Part shown: one piece after another, positions 47,101 to 57,197 of the stretch
Layout: every line of letters starts with the position of its first letter
How positions within the stretch are numbered: the stretch's first letter is position 1
Source of the DNA: Candidatus Krumholzibacteriia bacterium
GTDB taxonomy: Bacteria; Krumholzibacteriota; Krumholzibacteriia; LZORAL124-64-63
Assembly: GCA_024763215.1 (NCBI GenBank)
Contig: JANTFX010000004.1
Coordinates: forward strand, 8,961 to 72,960
Direction: 5' to 3'
Length of the DNA: 64,000 nt
Translations under genes and position numbers: made by a program
Notes under the pieces: generated by a model
What the model saw: only the letters and a program-made list of their open reading frames with translations
What the model was told of the DNA's origin: nothing
Databases searched by the model: none

Positions 47101-50100
47101 AGTTCGCCCAGGGCATGGCCCGCCTGGCCGAGATGGATTGCGACGTCATCCTGGAGGTCGGTCCGCACCCCGTGCTGACGACCATGGGCCGGCAGTGCTG
47201 GCCGGAAACGGGCCCGGATGCGGGGCCGGTATGGGCGGCCTCCCTGCAGCGGAAACAGGACGCACTGGCGGTGTGCACCGAAGCGGCGGCGACGCTCTTC
47301 GGCGCCGGCGCCGCCCTGGATTTCGAGGCGATGGCAGGCGACCGCTGGGCCGGCCTGCGGCCGGTGGACCTGCCCCTGTACCCCTTCGACCGCCAGCGCT
47401 ACTGGGTGGAGACCGCGGCCGCGGACCAACCCCGCGGCTCCGGAGGCCTGGACCGCCTGGGTTACCGGGTCGTCTGGAAGGACGGCGGCGTGCCGGCCGT
47501 CTGCCCGGATCGCGTTGCCGGCCGGACCTGGCTCATCATGGGCAACCCCGATGACTGGGGGCGGCGGCTGTTCGCGGCCCTCGAGGCCCGGGGCGGCCGG
47601 GGCCACCTGGTGGAGATCCCCCGGGACACGGCGGATCCAGCCTCCCTGCGTGCCCACTGCCGGGCCGCGCTGCAGGCAGCGTCCGCGGATCCGGAGCTTC
47701 CGCTGGGTGGGGTCATCCACCTGGGCGGCCTGGAGGTCGTCCGTCCGGAACAGGTTGAAGAGCTGTGGGCTTCGCAGACCTCAGGCGGCGTGTGCGCCAT
47801 GTTCCTGGCCCAGGAGCTGCTGGAGCTCGGCGCCCGGGCCAAGCTGTGGTTGCTGACCCGTGAAGCGACCGGTGCGGTGGCGGGAGAGCCGGTCGCCCCG
47901 GCCGGCGCGGTCCTGTGGGGGCTGGGCAAATCCCTGGCCCTGGACCATCCCGATATCTGGGGCGGTCTGGTCGATCTGCCGCCGGCTGCGGACCGGGAAA
48001 CCGGCGACGGGTTCACGGACCCGGCCGACCTGGTCGTGGCGGCGCTGGCGTCAGGGGACGGCGAGGACCAGGCCGCCCTGCGCGGCGGCCGGCGGCTGGT
48101 GGCTCGCCTGGCCCGGGCTCCGCTGGGGTCCGGGGGACCGGTCTGGGATAACGAGGGAACCTACCTTATCACCGGCGGCCTGGGGGCCGTGGGCCGCAGG
48201 ATCGCCGGCCGCCTGGCCGATCGCGGCGTCCGCGGCCTGGTGCTGGTCGGGCGCGGCGAGCCCGGACCCGACGCCCGCACCCTGCTGGCGAAGCTGGAAC
48301 GGACCGGCTGCCGGGTCCTGACGCCCCGCTGTGACATCACCGACCCGGACCAGGTTTCGGGCTTGCTGGCGGGTTTGACTGCCGAGGCCCTGGCCGCACA
48401 GGACATGCCGCCGTTGCGGGGCGTGATCCACGCCGCGGGCATCAGCCGCCTGGGCGATTTCAACCAGCTCACGGCGGAGGAATTCCTGGAGGTGCTGCGG
48501 CCCAAGGTGGCCGGAGGGTGGCTGCTCGACAGGGCGATCCGCGCGCAGGGCCTTGATCCGGTCCTCTTCCTGTGCACCTCGTCGGTGGCGGGCCTGTGGG
48601 GCGCGCCCAGCCAGGCCGCCTACGCCGGCGCCAACGCCTTCCTGGATGCCCTGGCCGCATCCCGCAGCGCCGCCGGACTGCCCGCCTGCAGCATCGCCTT
48701 CGGCCCCTGGGGCGGAGGCGGCGGAATGGCCGGCGACAGCGAGGTCTCGGGCCAGCTCAAGCAGCTGGGCCTGCGCATCTTCTCTCCCGGCAAGGTACTG
48801 GACGCCCTCGAAGCGGCCGCCGCCACCGGCTCCGACCGCCTGGCCCTGGTGGACGTGGACTGGGATGTGTTCCGGCCCCTGGTCGAAGCCCGCGGGTCCA
48901 TGCCCCTGCTGGCGGACCTGGAAGAGGGGCGGCCCGACGCCGAGACGGCGGACGCCCTGTCCAACCTGGGCTCCGCTTCGGCGGATGAGCGGGCGCGCAT
49001 CCTGGCCGGGACCATCCGCAAGGAAGCGGCGGCCGTGCTCAAGGTGCCCCTGGAAGCGGTGGGCGACGGGACCTCGTTCTTCGATCTGGGCCTGGATTCC
49101 CTCATGGCCCTGGATCTGATCCGGCGCCTGAACCGCGCCCTGCCCGGGACCCGTTGCGCCTCCTCGCTGGTCTACGAGCATCCCACGGTCGGCGAGCTGG
49201 CCACGGCCATCTCCGGGCTGCTGCCCGCTGCCGCCCCGGCTGCGTCCGCGCAGCCTGCGGCTCCGCAGGAGCCGGCGGCCGCTGCGGATTCCCACCGGGC
49301 CGGCGGGTATCAATACCGGCGCTACCGGGAAGGGGACCGGGACGGGCTCGTGAACCTTTACGGGGCCGTTTTCGGACCCGAGGTGGGCCGGAACGCCGAG
49401 CGCATCTGGAACTGGAAGTTCCTGGAGAATCCCCTGACTCCGGCCGAGGGGCCCCTGGTCGACGTGCTGGAACACGAGGGGAGCATCGTCGGGATGAACG
49501 GCGGGATCTGGACGCGGTTCAAGATCGGCGATGCCACCGTGCCCGGCATCTGGAGTTGCGATTCCCAGGTGCACCCGGACCACCGGCGCGCCTCGGTGGG
49601 CTTCTTCCAGCATGTCGAACAGACGGCGCCGGTGACCAAGCTCGGCACCCCCAACGCGGACATGTACAAGGTGGCCGCGGCGGCGGGTGGCATCATCGAC
49701 CTGGGCCGGTTCGTCAACCTGAAGGCGATCCTGGATCTGGACTCCCTCTTGAAGTCCGAAGGCCACAACCCCCTGCTGGCCAAGGCGGCCGGGGTCGGCA
49801 ACGCCCTGGTCAACGCCGGGTGGAACCTTTTCGCCCGGCCGGACACCGGTTCCGGCCTGGCCGTGACCGAGATCCCGTCCTTCAGCGACGAGTTCGACGG
49901 GCTGTGGCAAAGGGCGGGCGGCGGCTACGAGGGCATCATGGTGCGGGACGCCGGCTTCCTGTCCTGGCGCTTCGACCGGTGCCCCAACCGGACCTACCGG
50001 CGCTACGCCGCGAGGCGGGGCGGAGAGCTGGCGGGCTACCTCGTGGTGCGCGAATTCGTGCGCCACGGCAGCCGCCGGGCCCTGATCGTCGACTACCTGG

Positions 50101-50375
50101 TGTCGGTGGACGACAAGGAGGCCCTGGACGGCCTGGTCCAGAGGGCCATGGCCGATTTCCGCGCCCACGGCGTGGACCTGGTCACCTTCCCCATGTCCAG
50201 CACCATGCTCGATCACGCGGCCCTGTTGCGCCGCCACGGGTTCCTGTTCACCAAGCAGAGGCGGCACGTGGTGGCGAGCCGGACCGCGGGCGATGCGGAC
50301 CCGGGCCGGGTGGGTACCTGGTTCTTCACACTGGCCGATTCCGATGCCGATTTCTCGGGTCTGGAGGAGGACTAG
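38145..50375 (+). CDS. Type I modular PKS: FAAL-ACP-KS-AT-KR-ACP-KS-AT-KR-ACP-GNAT
   Basis: FAAL ([41 protein letters not shown]); ACPs GIDSMMA, GIDSLMA, GLDSLMA; KS DTACSSS/HGTGT x2; AT GHSVG/HAFHS x2; KR ITGGLG..YAAAN/YAGAN; C-terminal GNAT-like region from ~49300. TTG start after GGGGAGG. Confidence 0.95.
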   Translation: MKNDKCQGPYDGDYEHPNFFNNCPSLVSVLRYWAQETPDKTSHIYLAEGELEADRLTFATLDEDARRIGAWIQDQGLAGKPILLMHPPGLDFIRSFYGCVYGGAIAVPAFPPRSRRVDKRIEAIVADCGAAAVFTNTMAYEVTAGQLGGGDAPVVDTEELEFDADLWRDPVLDHDSIALLQYTSGSTKAPKGVMVTNGNLLHNLDCIARHGGMTPATRMGIWIPFFHDMGLVSGVVLPVVIGCDAVIMSPAAFLKKPIRWLRAISDFKVESSPAPNFAFELCTAMVSEAECEGLDLSSWRMAWNGAEPVRAETLHAFQEKFAPYGLQPGTLSPCYGMAETTLCATATSYKHPFHTTLVDKSALEQNRIVRRDDPDETTFELVSSGVLSHGFDVRIVDPGTLEECPPDVIGEIWCKAPSVAAGYWQRPEETEEGFGARIEGTGEGPYLRTGDLGCFLDGELYVTGRLKDLIIVGGRNIYPQDVEFVVTECHDALQAGSCAAVALEVDGREVLGVFPEISRTRRKDFDAEEIFHAIREAISENFELAAQTIGLVAPYAIPKTSSGKIARQIAKRMYLAGELKLLAEWKAEAPRAEASTEATGAFAALASRLDERNDRERRRLLIRFLQDILVEVAGLSGLPDPTQGFAAMGIDSMMAVKLARRLQSELGSDIDLPATLLFDRPNIAELAEYLAGQLARAESGPAVAAGPDTDHAHAPVAVVGLSCRFPGASSPEEFWELLVGERDAVGETPADRWDNDVFYDPDPDAPGKVSTRWGGFIDDIDKFDAAFFGISPREAESLDPQQRLLLEQTWLALEDAGLSAQAVRGSRTGVFVGISTKDYYNLVRMQGQDKIDAYQATGAASSAAAGRLSYFFGFKGPCVALDTACSSSLVAVHEAVQSLRRGESELVVAGGVNAILTPEVTISFSRAHLMAPDGRCKAFDAAANGYVRGEGCGMVVLKRLDDAVRDGDRILGVIRGSAVNQDGDSSGLTVPNGPSQEAVIKAALQDAGLAPEAVTFLEAHGTGTSLGDPIEVQSAAAVLAGGRTADKPLLLGSVKTNIGHLESAAGVAGLCKALLTLGHRRIPATLHFTEPNPYIPWDRLAVRVVDEAMDWPEDRPRIAGISSFGFAGTNAHVIIEGPPETAAPAAEAESEDGLLALSARTPEDLIALAGSYREHLGTLAGSDLRDALHTINTTRSRFEHRAGVAFTCTAELEEGLQALNDGAAAKGVVTGSFAGGLVPVTAFLFTGQGSQYPGMGRELYDRQPVFRAMLDRCAAVFDGLKEAEAPGLLAVMFGDDPDQLKQTAYTQPALFALEVALAALWESWGVKPEILLGHSVGEIAAVCVSGGFTPEDGMKLISARARLMGSLPAGGAMASIQAAADVVEKSAAESGLDVAAYNGRDTVVSGDADRIQELCARLKDEGVRCTVLKTSHAFHSSLMDPILNEFRTIAATIPAAPLRIPVVSNLTGQVLDAGHVIAPGYWADHIRNPVRFADGMAVLAEQGAAAILEVGPHPVLTTMGQQCWPEKLASGDVSGQPAWIASLRRDQPSDRHIFKAAGALFTAGVEPDFQALEGEALARRRKVPVPHYPFARKRFWVEIPEDQRSPRALLTPYLYRTVWHETALPETGALPAGRWLLIGQGSGLASGLAARLRGLEQAVTEVPGGEDPVSALQAWLAEESEVPGRVVFLGGVDHARAGSFDELLAARAGGVGTALALIRALIAADRPARLALVTRGAQDVLDSDDVAPVQATLWGVGKVLDSEHPELWDKCVDLDPASMADEAGQLLAALAAADDEDLTALRGGRYLVARLEQMDALKLPARLEAAKAGTVLITGGLGALGLQTARRMAERGAPALVLTSRREPSEAAAAAIAELADTGCRVEVMCADVGTEDGVSGLLDRIAGSDLPPLGGVIHAAGVVDSRPLEQIDDQALETVLAGKMNGAWLLDRLTRQRDLDLSLFVCFSSIAAVWGGHSQGHYAAANAFLDALMARRRADGLPGVAVNFGPVAGIGMAAGEDAGAWLEKRGLRLVPPALALTGLEGLAAAGCSGLVAGVNWPVFKPLMESMRRRPLFETIAAAEQEAAAAPAEAAGSALVEALQEADPEDRHELLVQAAVKILAEVLRQPAREINPQAGFFDLGIDSLMAVEFRNRLEKSLGCRLPATLVMDHPNLDAAADHILQNVLELEEKQAQQVVVVTGSDEPVAVIGLSCRFPGAENAAAFWRLLDEGVDATCEIPDDRWNVDDYYDPDPDTAGTMYVRRGGFITDVDRFDPRFFGVSPREAVSMDPQHRLLLEQAWHALEDAGLVPDRLAGARAGVFVGITSPDYASLIKAGGGEIDPYFVTGNAPNAAAGRIAYLMGFEGPAMALDTACSSSLVAVHQAVLSLRSGDADLALAGGVNLILDPVGMVATSRARMLAPDGRCKTFDRSADGYARGEGCGMVVLKRLGDAQRDGDRILAVIRGSAVNQDGRSSGLTVPNGPSQERVIREALARAKVTPGQIDYLEAHGTGTILGDPIEVQAAMNVLGEGHSREHPLLLGSVKTNVGHLEAAAGMASLLKVVLSLQHGRLPRHLHVTRPNPEIRWEELPVRVTTEPVPWAPKETPRLAGVSAFGVSGTNAHLVVSDAPPAPQPEPAAAGTKAGWHLLPLSARTEGSLTRLAASYAELLAGAQSPDPEVLCFSAATRRARMEHRAGLVFADLPALRAQLEALSSGQTHPGLVTGSVVRRDGRPARVAFLFTGQGSQYTGMGKGLYDEYPVFREMLDRCAAAFEAARGQERPLGLLEVMFEDHGDQLNQTGYTQPALFALEVALAALWQSWGIAPAAVLGHSVGEFAAACVAGHLAVEDGMALISERSRLMQELPAGGLMASVLADPQRVEAAAAEDPDLFVAAYNGPETVVSGPAASVEKAVARLESEGCRCTILKTSHAFHSSLMEPILAPFRDFAGSRDLQPLQVPLVSNLTGKVLGPGEAPSPDYWTDHIRQPVQFAQGMARLAEMDCDVILEVGPHPVLTTMGRQCWPETGPDAGPVWAASLQRKQDALAVCTEAAATLFGAGAALDFEAMAGDRWAGLRPVDLPLYPFDRQRYWVETAAADQPRGSGGLDRLGYRVVWKDGGVPAVCPDRVAGRTWLIMGNPDDWGRRLFAALEARGGRGHLVEIPRDTADPASLRAHCRAALQAASADPELPLGGVIHLGGLEVVRPEQVEELWASQTSGGVCAMFLAQELLELGARAKLWLLTREATGAVAGEPVAPAGAVLWGLGKSLALDHPDIWGGLVDLPPAADRETGDGFTDPADLVVAALASGDGEDQAALRGGRRLVARLARAPLGSGGPVWDNEGTYLITGGLGAVGRRIAGRLADRGVRGLVLVGRGEPGPDARTLLAKLERTGCRVLTPRCDITDPDQVSGLLAGLTAEALAAQDMPPLRGVIHAAGISRLGDFNQLTAEEFLEVLRPKVAGGWLLDRAIRAQGLDPVLFLCTSSVAGLWGAPSQAAYAGANAFLDALAASRSAAGLPACSIAFGPWGGGGGMAGDSEVSGQLKQLGLRIFSPGKVLDALEAAAATGSDRLALVDVDWDVFRPLVEARGSMPLLADLEEGRPDAETADALSNLGSASADERARILAGTIRKEAAAVLKVPLEAVGDGTSFFDLGLDSLMALDLIRRLNRALPGTRCASSLVYEHPTVGELATAISGLLPAAAPAASAQPAAPQEPAAAADSHRAGGYQYRRYREGDRDGLVNLYGAVFGPEVGRNAERIWNWKFLENPLTPAEGPLVDVLEHEGSIVGMNGGIWTRFKIGDATVPGIWSCDSQVHPDHRRASVGFFQHVEQTAPVTKLGTPNADMYKVAAAAGGIIDLGRFVNLKAILDLDSLLKSEGHNPLLAKAAGVGNALVNAGWNLFARPDTGSGLAVTEIPSFSDEFDGLWQRAGGGYEGIMVRDAGFLSWRFDRCPNRTYRRYAARRGGELAGYLVVREFVRHGSRRALIVDYLVSVDDKEALDGLVQRAMADFRAHGVDLVTFPMSSTMLDHAALLRRHGFLFTKQRRHVVASRTAGDADPGRVGTWFFTLADSDADFSGLEED

Positions 50376-50404
50376 CGGCGGCGCGAGGCTCCTAGGGGGC
50401 CGGG

Positions 50405-51283
50405 TCAGCGTCCCAGGAGCTTGCGCGCTCCCTGGCGCAGCTTCCGGGGCATCAGGCTGGTGTAGACCCGCTGGAACCTGAACAAAAGGCCGTTGCTGCG
50501 CCTCAGCTGCTCCAGGTCGGCCTGCAGCTGCGGACCGGCGGCCGTGATACGGGCGTCGATCAGCCGCCGGGCCAGCTCGTACAGTTCCATGTCCAGGGAC
50601 GTGGCGGCGGCAATCTGCTGCCGCAGCTCATCGCCGACCACCAGTTTTTGCCCCCGTGTCGCGGCCGCGTTGCGCCGGATCGACACGATGGGTTTGCGCC
50701 AGCCCAGGATCGTCTTCATCAGCAGCAGACATTCGTCGAAGCGTTCGAGCACTCCGGGGATGTCGAAGGTCTCCAGGTTGCGTTTGGCCTTGTCCAGCGC
50801 GTCGTCGGGCAACGGTTCCAGGGGGCTGCCGTCCACCACGCCCGAGGTCAGATAGCCGCTGATCTGCGCAGTCTGCAGGTTGAGCGAGTTGATCGACGCC
50901 CGGTATTCCAGATGGGCCTCGGGTGAGGCCATGGCCTCGGGCGGATAATGGATGAACTTCGAGCTGCGCCCGACCAGGTGCTTGTACTCGGACAGGAACC
51001 GGTCCACGGGATTGCGCAGGATGGTGGCCAGGCAGTAGGGCCCGGGCAGGTGATCCTGGATGCCGTAGGCGACATGGCCGCGCAGGCACTTGATCCGGCT
51101 CTTCTGCTCGTCGCTCATGGCCAGGAAGCGCTCCTGGCTTTCGAGGTGGTTGAAGCCCACCCCCACGATTTCCCCGTGCTTGTACTGGCGGTTGATGACC
51201 CCGTTGAGGGTCGAGCCGCCGGTCTTGGGCACGTGGATGAAGACGGCGGTGGGCCGGGTATCCGGCTGGGGATTGACGGTCAT
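50405..51283 (-). CDS. Sulfotransferase (Sulfotransfer_2 / Gal-3-O-ST-like)
   Basis: 5'-PSB FIHVPKTGGST, 3'-PB LRNPVDRFLSEY, LDMELY; AAGGAGG RBS. Confidence 0.88.
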   Translation of the reverse strand: MTVNPQPDTRPTAVFIHVPKTGGSTLNGVINRQYKHGEIVGVGFNHLESQERFLAMSDEQKSRIKCLRGHVAYGIQDHLPGPYCLATILRNPVDRFLSEYKHLVGRSSKFIHYPPEAMASPEAHLEYRASINSLNLQTAQISGYLTSGVVDGSPLEPLPDDALDKAKRNLETFDIPGVLERFDECLLLMKTILGWRKPIVSIRRNAAATRGQKLVVGDELRQQIAAATSLDMELYELARRLIDARITAAGPQLQADLEQLRRSNGLLFRFQRVYTSLMPRKLRQGARKLLGR

Positions 51284-51333
51284 GGGGGCAAGCCCTCCTT
51301 CGTCCGGCCAGGGCCGGGAATGGATCGTCAGGA

Positions 51334-52230
51334 TCAGCGCAGCTTGCGCAGGGCGCGGCGCAGACCCCGCGGCACCAGGCGCTGGTAGTTCCGTTGCATG
51401 GAGACCAGGGCGCCGTTGACGCGCTTGAAGCGGTTCACCTCGCGCGTGAAGTCGGAACCCTCGGCCTGGATGTCCCGTTCCAGACGCTCGCAAGCGTAGG
51501 CGTACAGCCGCTTGTCCGGGGCGATGAGCTCCTCCAGGCGCCGCTTGCCCTGCTCGGTGATGTCCCCTGCCGGCCGGGGCGCCTTGTTGACGTTCTCGCG
51601 CAGGTAGTGGATGCCCCTGGTCCAGCCCAGGCGCCGTTTCATCAGCACCAGGGATTCATCGAAGCGGCTGAGGACCCCGGTCACGGCGCAGTAGCGTTCC
51701 AGGTTGTCGATGGCCTGCTCCACCGCATCTTCCGGCAAGGGGTCCAGGGGCACCTTCAGCTCGCCCAGGGGCAGGAAACCCCCGGCCTGCCGGACCTGCC
51801 AGTTCACCGCCCCGTTGGCATGGACGTGGTCGAGGTAAGTGTCGAAATCCCGCAGGGCCTCGTCCGGCACCGGCAGATCCGGACGGACGTGAGGGAATTC
51901 CTTCAGGAACCGGTACTCCGAAATGAAGCGTTTGACCGGGTCCCGCAGCATGGTCACGTAGACCGGCCGGTGGGGCAGGTGCTCGTGGATCCCGAAGGGG
52001 TAGTGGCCCTTGACGCAGCGGATGGGCTCCTTCTGCGCGTCGCTGAGGGCGAAGAAGCGGTCGAAGGTCTCCAGGTGCTCGAAGCTCACCTCGCAGTACT
52101 GCTCGGCGGGGAACTGGCGGCGGATGATCCCGCCCAGGGTGGTGCCGCCGGCCTTGGGGATATGCAGGAAGATCAGGACCGAGGGCTCGTCCCCGGCGGG
52201 GGTCCAGGAGGTAGTGGAATCGTGGGCCAT
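51334..52230 (-). CDS. Sulfotransferase (Sulfotransfer_2-like), paralog of the adjacent gene
   Basis: FLHIPKAGGTT, LRDPVKRFISEY, FDESLVLMKRRLGW. Confidence 0.88.
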   Translation of the reverse strand: MAHDSTTSWTPAGDEPSVLIFLHIPKAGGTTLGGIIRRQFPAEQYCEVSFEHLETFDRFFALSDAQKEPIRCVKGHYPFGIHEHLPHRPVYVTMLRDPVKRFISEYRFLKEFPHVRPDLPVPDEALRDFDTYLDHVHANGAVNWQVRQAGGFLPLGELKVPLDPLPEDAVEQAIDNLERYCAVTGVLSRFDESLVLMKRRLGWTRGIHYLRENVNKAPRPAGDITEQGKRRLEELIAPDKRLYAYACERLERDIQAEGSDFTREVNRFKRVNGALVSMQRNYQRLVPRGLRRALRKLR

Positions 52231-52256
52231 GGTCTTCCTTTGCGCGGTATGAGGTT

Positions 52257-53207
52257 TCAGTCCAGCCAGCTTCCCAGGTCGCGCTGCAGCAGGTCCTGCA
52301 GCTGCAGGATCTCGTCCCGGTAGATTTCCTGCAGCCGCCGGCGGGTTTCCGGTGCCATCTCCACCTTGGCCAGGGCCCGGCGGCCGATGATGTTCTTCAG
52401 CTTGCGTCGGTTGTCCCGGGAAACCACTGCCTTGAAGGCCGACTTGACCGGGTTGTCCGCCAGGAGCATGCGGATGAAACCCTTGTTGCGGGGTTTGCCG
52501 GAGACGTTGTAGATGCGGCTGGTGTCCGGCCTGAAATCGGGATCCACGCCGAGGAAGGTGAAGGCCTCCCGGCAGATGCCGGCCGCGTCGCGCTTGAGGT
52601 CGTCGAACAGGATGATCATGATCTGTTCGGTTCCGAAAGCCTCCTGCCAGGCCTTGACCTGCTCCGTGTAGCGTCCCACCCCTATATAATCCTTGAAGAG
52701 CTTGGCCCCCTCGGCCTGCCTGCGGGCGATGGTCTCGGGCGCGATGGCCTCCTCGAACTCCAGGTCTTCCTTCAGCACCCGGGCGAAGGTCCAGTACATG
52801 GACCAGGCACGGTCCACCGGGTTGCGCAGGGTGATGAAGAACTTCAGCTTCGCGGCGGCCTCTTCCGGGTACACTTCGCGGATGCCGGCGATGGCGGTCC
52901 GGTGCGTGTACAGATACGAGGGTGAGGCTTCACCGGTCAGCCGTCCGGGGCCGCAGTCGGCGAATAGCCCGGCATAGGTCTTCAGGTCGGTGACGGGATC
53001 GCCCAGGTTGGGCGCCCGGTCCGCGGGCCCGGGATGCATGGGGAAGCTGAAGAACCAGGGTTCCTTGACCGGGGGGATATGGATGCCGGGGTGCTCGCCG
53101 AAGTAGCGGAACAGGGAACTCGTGCCGCCCTTGGCCGCTCCGAGGATGAAAAAATCGGGCAACGTCGCGGGCCCGTAACCCTTGATATCCAGGTTCATGC
53201 CGGTCAT
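52257..53207 (-). CDS. Sulfotransferase (Sulfotransfer_1, heparan-sulfate-ST-like)
   Basis: PDFFILGAAKGGTSSL, KEPWFF, GEASPSY, LRNPVDRAWS. Start could be 53198, 53207 or 53216. Confidence 0.9.
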   Translation of the reverse strand: MTGMNLDIKGYGPATLPDFFILGAAKGGTSSLFRYFGEHPGIHIPPVKEPWFFSFPMHPGPADRAPNLGDPVTDLKTYAGLFADCGPGRLTGEASPSYLYTHRTAIAGIREVYPEEAAAKLKFFITLRNPVDRAWSMYWTFARVLKEDLEFEEAIAPETIARRQAEGAKLFKDYIGVGRYTEQVKAWQEAFGTEQIMIILFDDLKRDAAGICREAFTFLGVDPDFRPDTSRIYNVSGKPRNKGFIRMLLADNPVKSAFKAVVSRDNRRKLKNIIGRRALAKVEMAPETRRRLQEIYRDEILQLQDLLQRDLGSWLD

Positions 53208-53407
53208 CCCTCCCATTGGTAGGCCCGCCCAATCTATCGGCCCCCCGGCGCCATGTCAACCGGGGGGAACTTACAGCCGGCCGCCGGGTTTCACGCCCAC
53301 GCCGGCCCCTGAAGGCGAAAATGAACGGTTGAAAATAATACCGTTTTGAATCATCCTCGGGGCTACCCCTGAGTTCACTCGACCACAGGAAAATAGGAGG
53401 GATCCCC

Positions 53408-53926
53408 ATGAAAAGAATGATCGCGCTGGCGGTACTGCTCGTCAGCATGACGGCCCTGCTGGGCACCGCCCAGGCCGCCAAGGGCCAGGTCGCTTCGGAT
53501 ATGGCCAGCATGTTCAGGCCCATGAGCGGCCAGGAGGAAAAGAGCTTCAAGACCCGCCTGAACCTCACCGAGGACCAGCTCGCCCGGCTCAAGACCATCA
53601 ACCAGAACTACCGCAGCGACGTGCAGGCCCTTGCGCGCAAGTACCGCACGGCCCGTGAGGATCTGATCAACGCCCTGAAATCGGCCGACCCGCACTCCCA
53701 GAACATCGCCCGGAAGATGGGGGATCTGCACCGGACCCAGTCCACCCTGGTGGACAAGGAAGTGGAATACTGGAGCCAGGTCTCGGATGTGTTCACACCC
53801 GAGCAGGCGGACGAATTCTGGCGGATGTTCGCCCGCAGCCGGGTCCGCGGGGGTGAGGGCGCCGCCGCAGCGACCCCTGCCGAAGGCTCGGGCAAGTATG
53901 AAATGCAGGAATCAGGGGGCGATTAG
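53408..53926 (+). CDS. Periplasmic Spy/CpxP/ZraP-like helical protein
   Basis: Signal peptide ending AQA; LNLTEDQ and VFTPEQ (LTxxQ motifs); AGGAGG RBS. Confidence 0.8.
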   Translation: MKRMIALAVLLVSMTALLGTAQAAKGQVASDMASMFRPMSGQEEKSFKTRLNLTEDQLARLKTINQNYRSDVQALARKYRTAREDLINALKSADPHSQNIARKMGDLHRTQSTLVDKEVEYWSQVSDVFTPEQADEFWRMFARSRVRGGEGAAAATPAEGSGKYEMQESGGD

Positions 53927-53947
53927 TCCCGTCGGCATGGGCAGGGA

Positions 53948-55396
53948 TCAGGATGTGTCCGGACCCGCGGCCTCGCGCTGCGGGTCCGTCGTTATCCGGA
54001 TGGACTTGCGCCCCCAGTCGGGCAGAACGGCCCTGGCGAAAGCCACGGCCAGGGCTATGTAGAGCCACACGTATTTGTTGTATTCGTTGGGCATGAACAG
54101 GGAAACCGCCATGAATCCCACGTAGGAGTAATGGAAGGCCTCGGCGTAGGTGCGGATTTCCTGGGTGGGGCCGTGCTTGCGCACCCGGTTCAGGCAGATG
54201 CCTCCCAGCACGATCATGGCCACGAACAGGAACATGCCGACCAGGCCGGTTTCGGTGCCGACTTCCAGGTACATGTTGTGCAGCTGCCGGTTGATGAAGA
54301 TGCGCTGGCTGGGCATGAACCTGTATATCGGGTCGGCGTAGTAGTACTGGAACTGCCCCGGCCCTATGCCCAGGAAGGGGTGGGTGGAGAGCAGCTGCAG
54401 GCCGACGGTGTTGTAGCTGATGCGCGCCATGATGGAGTCGTCCTGTTTCCAGTCCTGGACCAGGGTCATCAGGCGGTCCCAGTATTCGGACGGGATCAGG
54501 GGGATGGCCACCACGGCCACGATGATCGCGATCACGAAGGCCACCGGCAGCAGTCGGTGTCGGCGGAATTTCCAGTACAACCAGAACACCAGCAGCACAT
54601 ACACCAGGGCCGCGCTGCGGGCGAACGAAAGGATGATGGCGACCGTCCCCACGAGGATGGTCGGGCCGGTCAGGATCCGCCACTTCTTCATACGCAGGAA
54701 GAGGATCAGGGCCAGGGTGGTGCCGGCCAGGTTCATGGTGGCGGCGGTGGTCGGGTTGTAGTCGGAACCTCCGGCCGAACGCGACACACCCTGGTACGAG
54801 GCTGCGGTGGCGGCATGGGATCCGCCGACCAGGGTCGTGCCGGTGACGTAGTCCATGACGACCATGGCCGAGGACAACCCGGTGGAAACCACGATGACCA
54901 GCAGCAGCAGGCGCACCTGGGAGAATTTCTTCACCACCCGGATCGTCAGGTAGAGCATCCCGAGCAGGCTCAGGTACTTGCGCACGGACCAGAGTCCGAA
55001 ATCCAGATCCTTGATGAAGAAGAAGGAGGTCAGGATGACCAGTCCGAACATCATGGCCATCTGGACCAGCGGCTCCGGCCGCCCCAGCCTCAGCTTGTGC
55101 GATTCCCGGAAGCCCAGGAGGATCACCCCGGCCAGGGCCACCATGGTGATGAGCTTCTCGGGGGTCAGCATGGAACTGGTGGGCACGAGGCGGAGCAGGG
55201 CGTCGAGCTGGACGAAGAAGGTGATGAACAGCAGGCCCAGGAAGGGGTGGAAGAACACGAGCAGCCCCCCGGCCATGATCACCGGCAACGCGATCGCCAG
55301 CACACCCAGCCCCATGAGGGATGATGCGATGACGATCAGGGCCATGAGGAAGGCGCCGCCGATGATCGTCAGGTTCAGGGGCAGGGAGCGGGGCAT
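53948..55396 (-). CDS. O-antigen ligase/Wzy-type polymerase family membrane protein
   Basis: Many TM helices; ILSFARSA; HPFLGIGPGQF..LHNMYLEVGTETGLVG (Wzy_C signature). Confidence 0.88.
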   Translation of the reverse strand: MPRSLPLNLTIIGGAFLMALIVIASSLMGLGVLAIALPVIMAGGLLVFFHPFLGLLFITFFVQLDALLRLVPTSSMLTPEKLITMVALAGVILLGFRESHKLRLGRPEPLVQMAMMFGLVILTSFFFIKDLDFGLWSVRKYLSLLGMLYLTIRVVKKFSQVRLLLLVIVVSTGLSSAMVVMDYVTGTTLVGGSHAATAASYQGVSRSAGGSDYNPTTAATMNLAGTTLALILFLRMKKWRILTGPTILVGTVAIILSFARSAALVYVLLVFWLYWKFRRHRLLPVAFVIAIIVAVVAIPLIPSEYWDRLMTLVQDWKQDDSIMARISYNTVGLQLLSTHPFLGIGPGQFQYYYADPIYRFMPSQRIFINRQLHNMYLEVGTETGLVGMFLFVAMIVLGGICLNRVRKHGPTQEIRTYAEAFHYSYVGFMAVSLFMPNEYNKYVWLYIALAVAFARAVLPDWGRKSIRITTDPQREAAGPDTS

Positions 55397-55625
55397 GGGT
55401 TGAAGCTCGGCTTTCTCCGCCAGTATTCTTCGGGTTGCAGGGGGAACCGATTCCCAGATTAGTCGGGACCTTGGAGATGTCAAGGCGGTTGTCCGGACCC
55501 GGGTGGCCGCTGCCCGCGAAAAATGGTGTGGCGCAGGCCGCCGGTCGGCACCATACTCTGCGCACTGCGTGCCCGGCCTCGTCCGGGTGCGGCTTCGTTT
55601 CCACTCCTATCCCAGGCGGCGGTGC

Positions 55626-57197
55626 ATGGCGCCCAGAAGCAGACTGAAGAAGATCATCACTTCCGTGGCCAAGGTGGCCTTCTCGCGGGGGCTGGGCCTG
55701 GTGCTGGCCCTGGGGGTTTCGGCCCTGCTGGCCAACCGCCTGGGGACGAGCGAATCCGCCGACGCCTTCTTCTTCGCCCGGCGCCTGGCCATGGGGTTCT
55801 CCGAGGCCGCCAGCCGCATCTCCAACGTCATGCTCGTGCCGGGCCTGGTGGCCATCCTGGCCGCCGGCGATGTCGGGCAGGTGCGCAAGGTCTGGCGGCG
55901 TTACCAGCTGCGGGTCCTGCTCTGGGTGTTGCCGGTGGCCATCCTCGGCGCGATCCTCGCCCCGAACATCGTCCGCCTGGCGGGCCCGGGGCTGTCCGCT
56001 CGGGGTTCGGAGCTGGCGGGCGTGCTGTTGCGGGTGATGATCTTCATCATTCCTGTGACCGTCTTCCGGGCCATCAGCGCCAGCATGCTCAACGCGGGCC
56101 GCGTCTTCGGCGTGCCGGAACTCATGGCCCAGTTTTCCCGCTTCCTGCTGGTGATGGCCCTGCTGTTCCTGGTGCCCCCGCACGGGGTGGCCTTCCTGGC
56201 CTGGGTCATGCTGACCGGTTCGTTCCTGGCTGCGCTGACCCTGACCATGATCGCCAACCGTTCCCTGGTGCGGATCAAACCCCGGCCCGGGGCCGGCCAG
56301 GGTGACGGGGGCAACGGCCCGGGGCGGCTGTTCCTGCCGGGCCTGCTGGTGTTCGGGGTCAACCAGGCCTTGATCTGGGTGGAATACGGTTTCGCCTCCA
56401 CGCTGGGGACGGGCAACATCGCGGTGCTGGAATACGGCTACCGGCTGATGGCCATCCTGCCCGGCCTGATCACGGCCAGCCTCACCACGGTGATGTACAC
56501 GGAGTTCTCGCACCAGATGGCCACCGGGGACCGGGAGGCCATGTTCCGCAGCCTGGCCCGCGCCTTGCGGGCGGGCCTGTTCATCCTGGCTCCCATCGTG
56601 GCCTTCATGGCCTTCCAGGGCGAGGCGGTCGCCGGGTTGCTGCTGCACCACGGACGGTTCGACGCGGCGGCGGTGAGTCAGACGGCCATGATCATGAGGA
56701 TGGTCGCCTTCGCCGGCATCGGCATGTTCCTGTCCCGCATCCTGATCTTCAGCATGTACTCGGACAAGAACCTCTCGATCCTCAGGCTGGTGGTCCTGGT
56801 GGTGGCCATCAATTTCGTGACCAGGCTTTTGTTCATCAAGCTGCTCATCGGGCCCATGGGGCCGGCGGGGATCGCCCTGGGCCGCAGCCTGTCGGTGTTC
56901 TGCCGCATGATGGTGGTGTTCTTCCTGCTGTACCGGGCCTGGGGCCGTTTCCTGCGCCTGGCCGATATCCGCAACATGCTGCTGGTCGTCCTGATCACCC
57001 TGGTCTCCATGGCCGCGAGCCTGGCCGTGGACCACTGGCTGGGCTGGAACGAGGGCGGGGGGTTCCTGGCCCGGCTGCTGGGCCTGATGGGCGCCGCGGG
57101 CGTCGGCTTCGGTCTCTTCGTGGCCATTTCCGCCGCCGTCAGGTTGCCTGAATTGACGGCGGTCCTGGCCATGATCCGACGCAAGAGGCCGGTCTGA
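55626..57197 (+). CDS. MurJ/MviN-like (MOP superfamily) lipid-linked oligosaccharide flippase
   Basis: LGTSESADAFFFA, LEYGYRLM.LP, LLLHHGRFD, MGPAGIALG; about 14 TM segments. Confidence 0.85.
   Translation: MAPRSRLKKIITSVAKVAFSRGLGLVLALGVSALLANRLGTSESADAFFFARRLAMGFSEAASRISNVMLVPGLVAILAAGDVGQVRKVWRRYQLRVLLWVLPVAILGAILAPNIVRLAGPGLSARGSELAGVLLRVMIFIIPVTVFRAISASMLNAGRVFGVPELMAQFSRFLLVMALLFLVPPHGVAFLAWVMLTGSFLAALTLTMIANRSLVRIKPRPGAGQGDGGNGPGRLFLPGLLVFGVNQALIWVEYGFASTLGTGNIAVLEYGYRLMAILPGLITASLTTVMYTEFSHQMATGDREAMFRSLARALRAGLFILAPIVAFMAFQGEAVAGLLLHHGRFDAAAVSQTAMIMRMVAFAGIGMFLSRILIFSMYSDKNLSILRLVVLVVAINFVTRLLFIKLLIGPMGPAGIALGRSLSVFCRMMVVFFLLYRAWGRFLRLADIRNMLLVVLITLVSMAASLAVDHWLGWNEGGGFLARLLGLMGAAGVGFGLFVAISAAVRLPELTAVLAMIRRKRPV

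Noticed and set aside
36174-50267. Very long antisense ORFs (36174..40283, 43080..47720, 48051..50267) opposite the wzc-like gene and PKS
   Set aside because: Shadow ORFs produced by high-GC codon bias; no recognisable motifs, and fully overlapped by well-supported genes.
38145-50375. Calling the PKS an olefin synthase or PUFA synthase
   Set aside because: No fused sulfotransferase-thioesterase, no tandem ACP array, and no DH or ER recognised.
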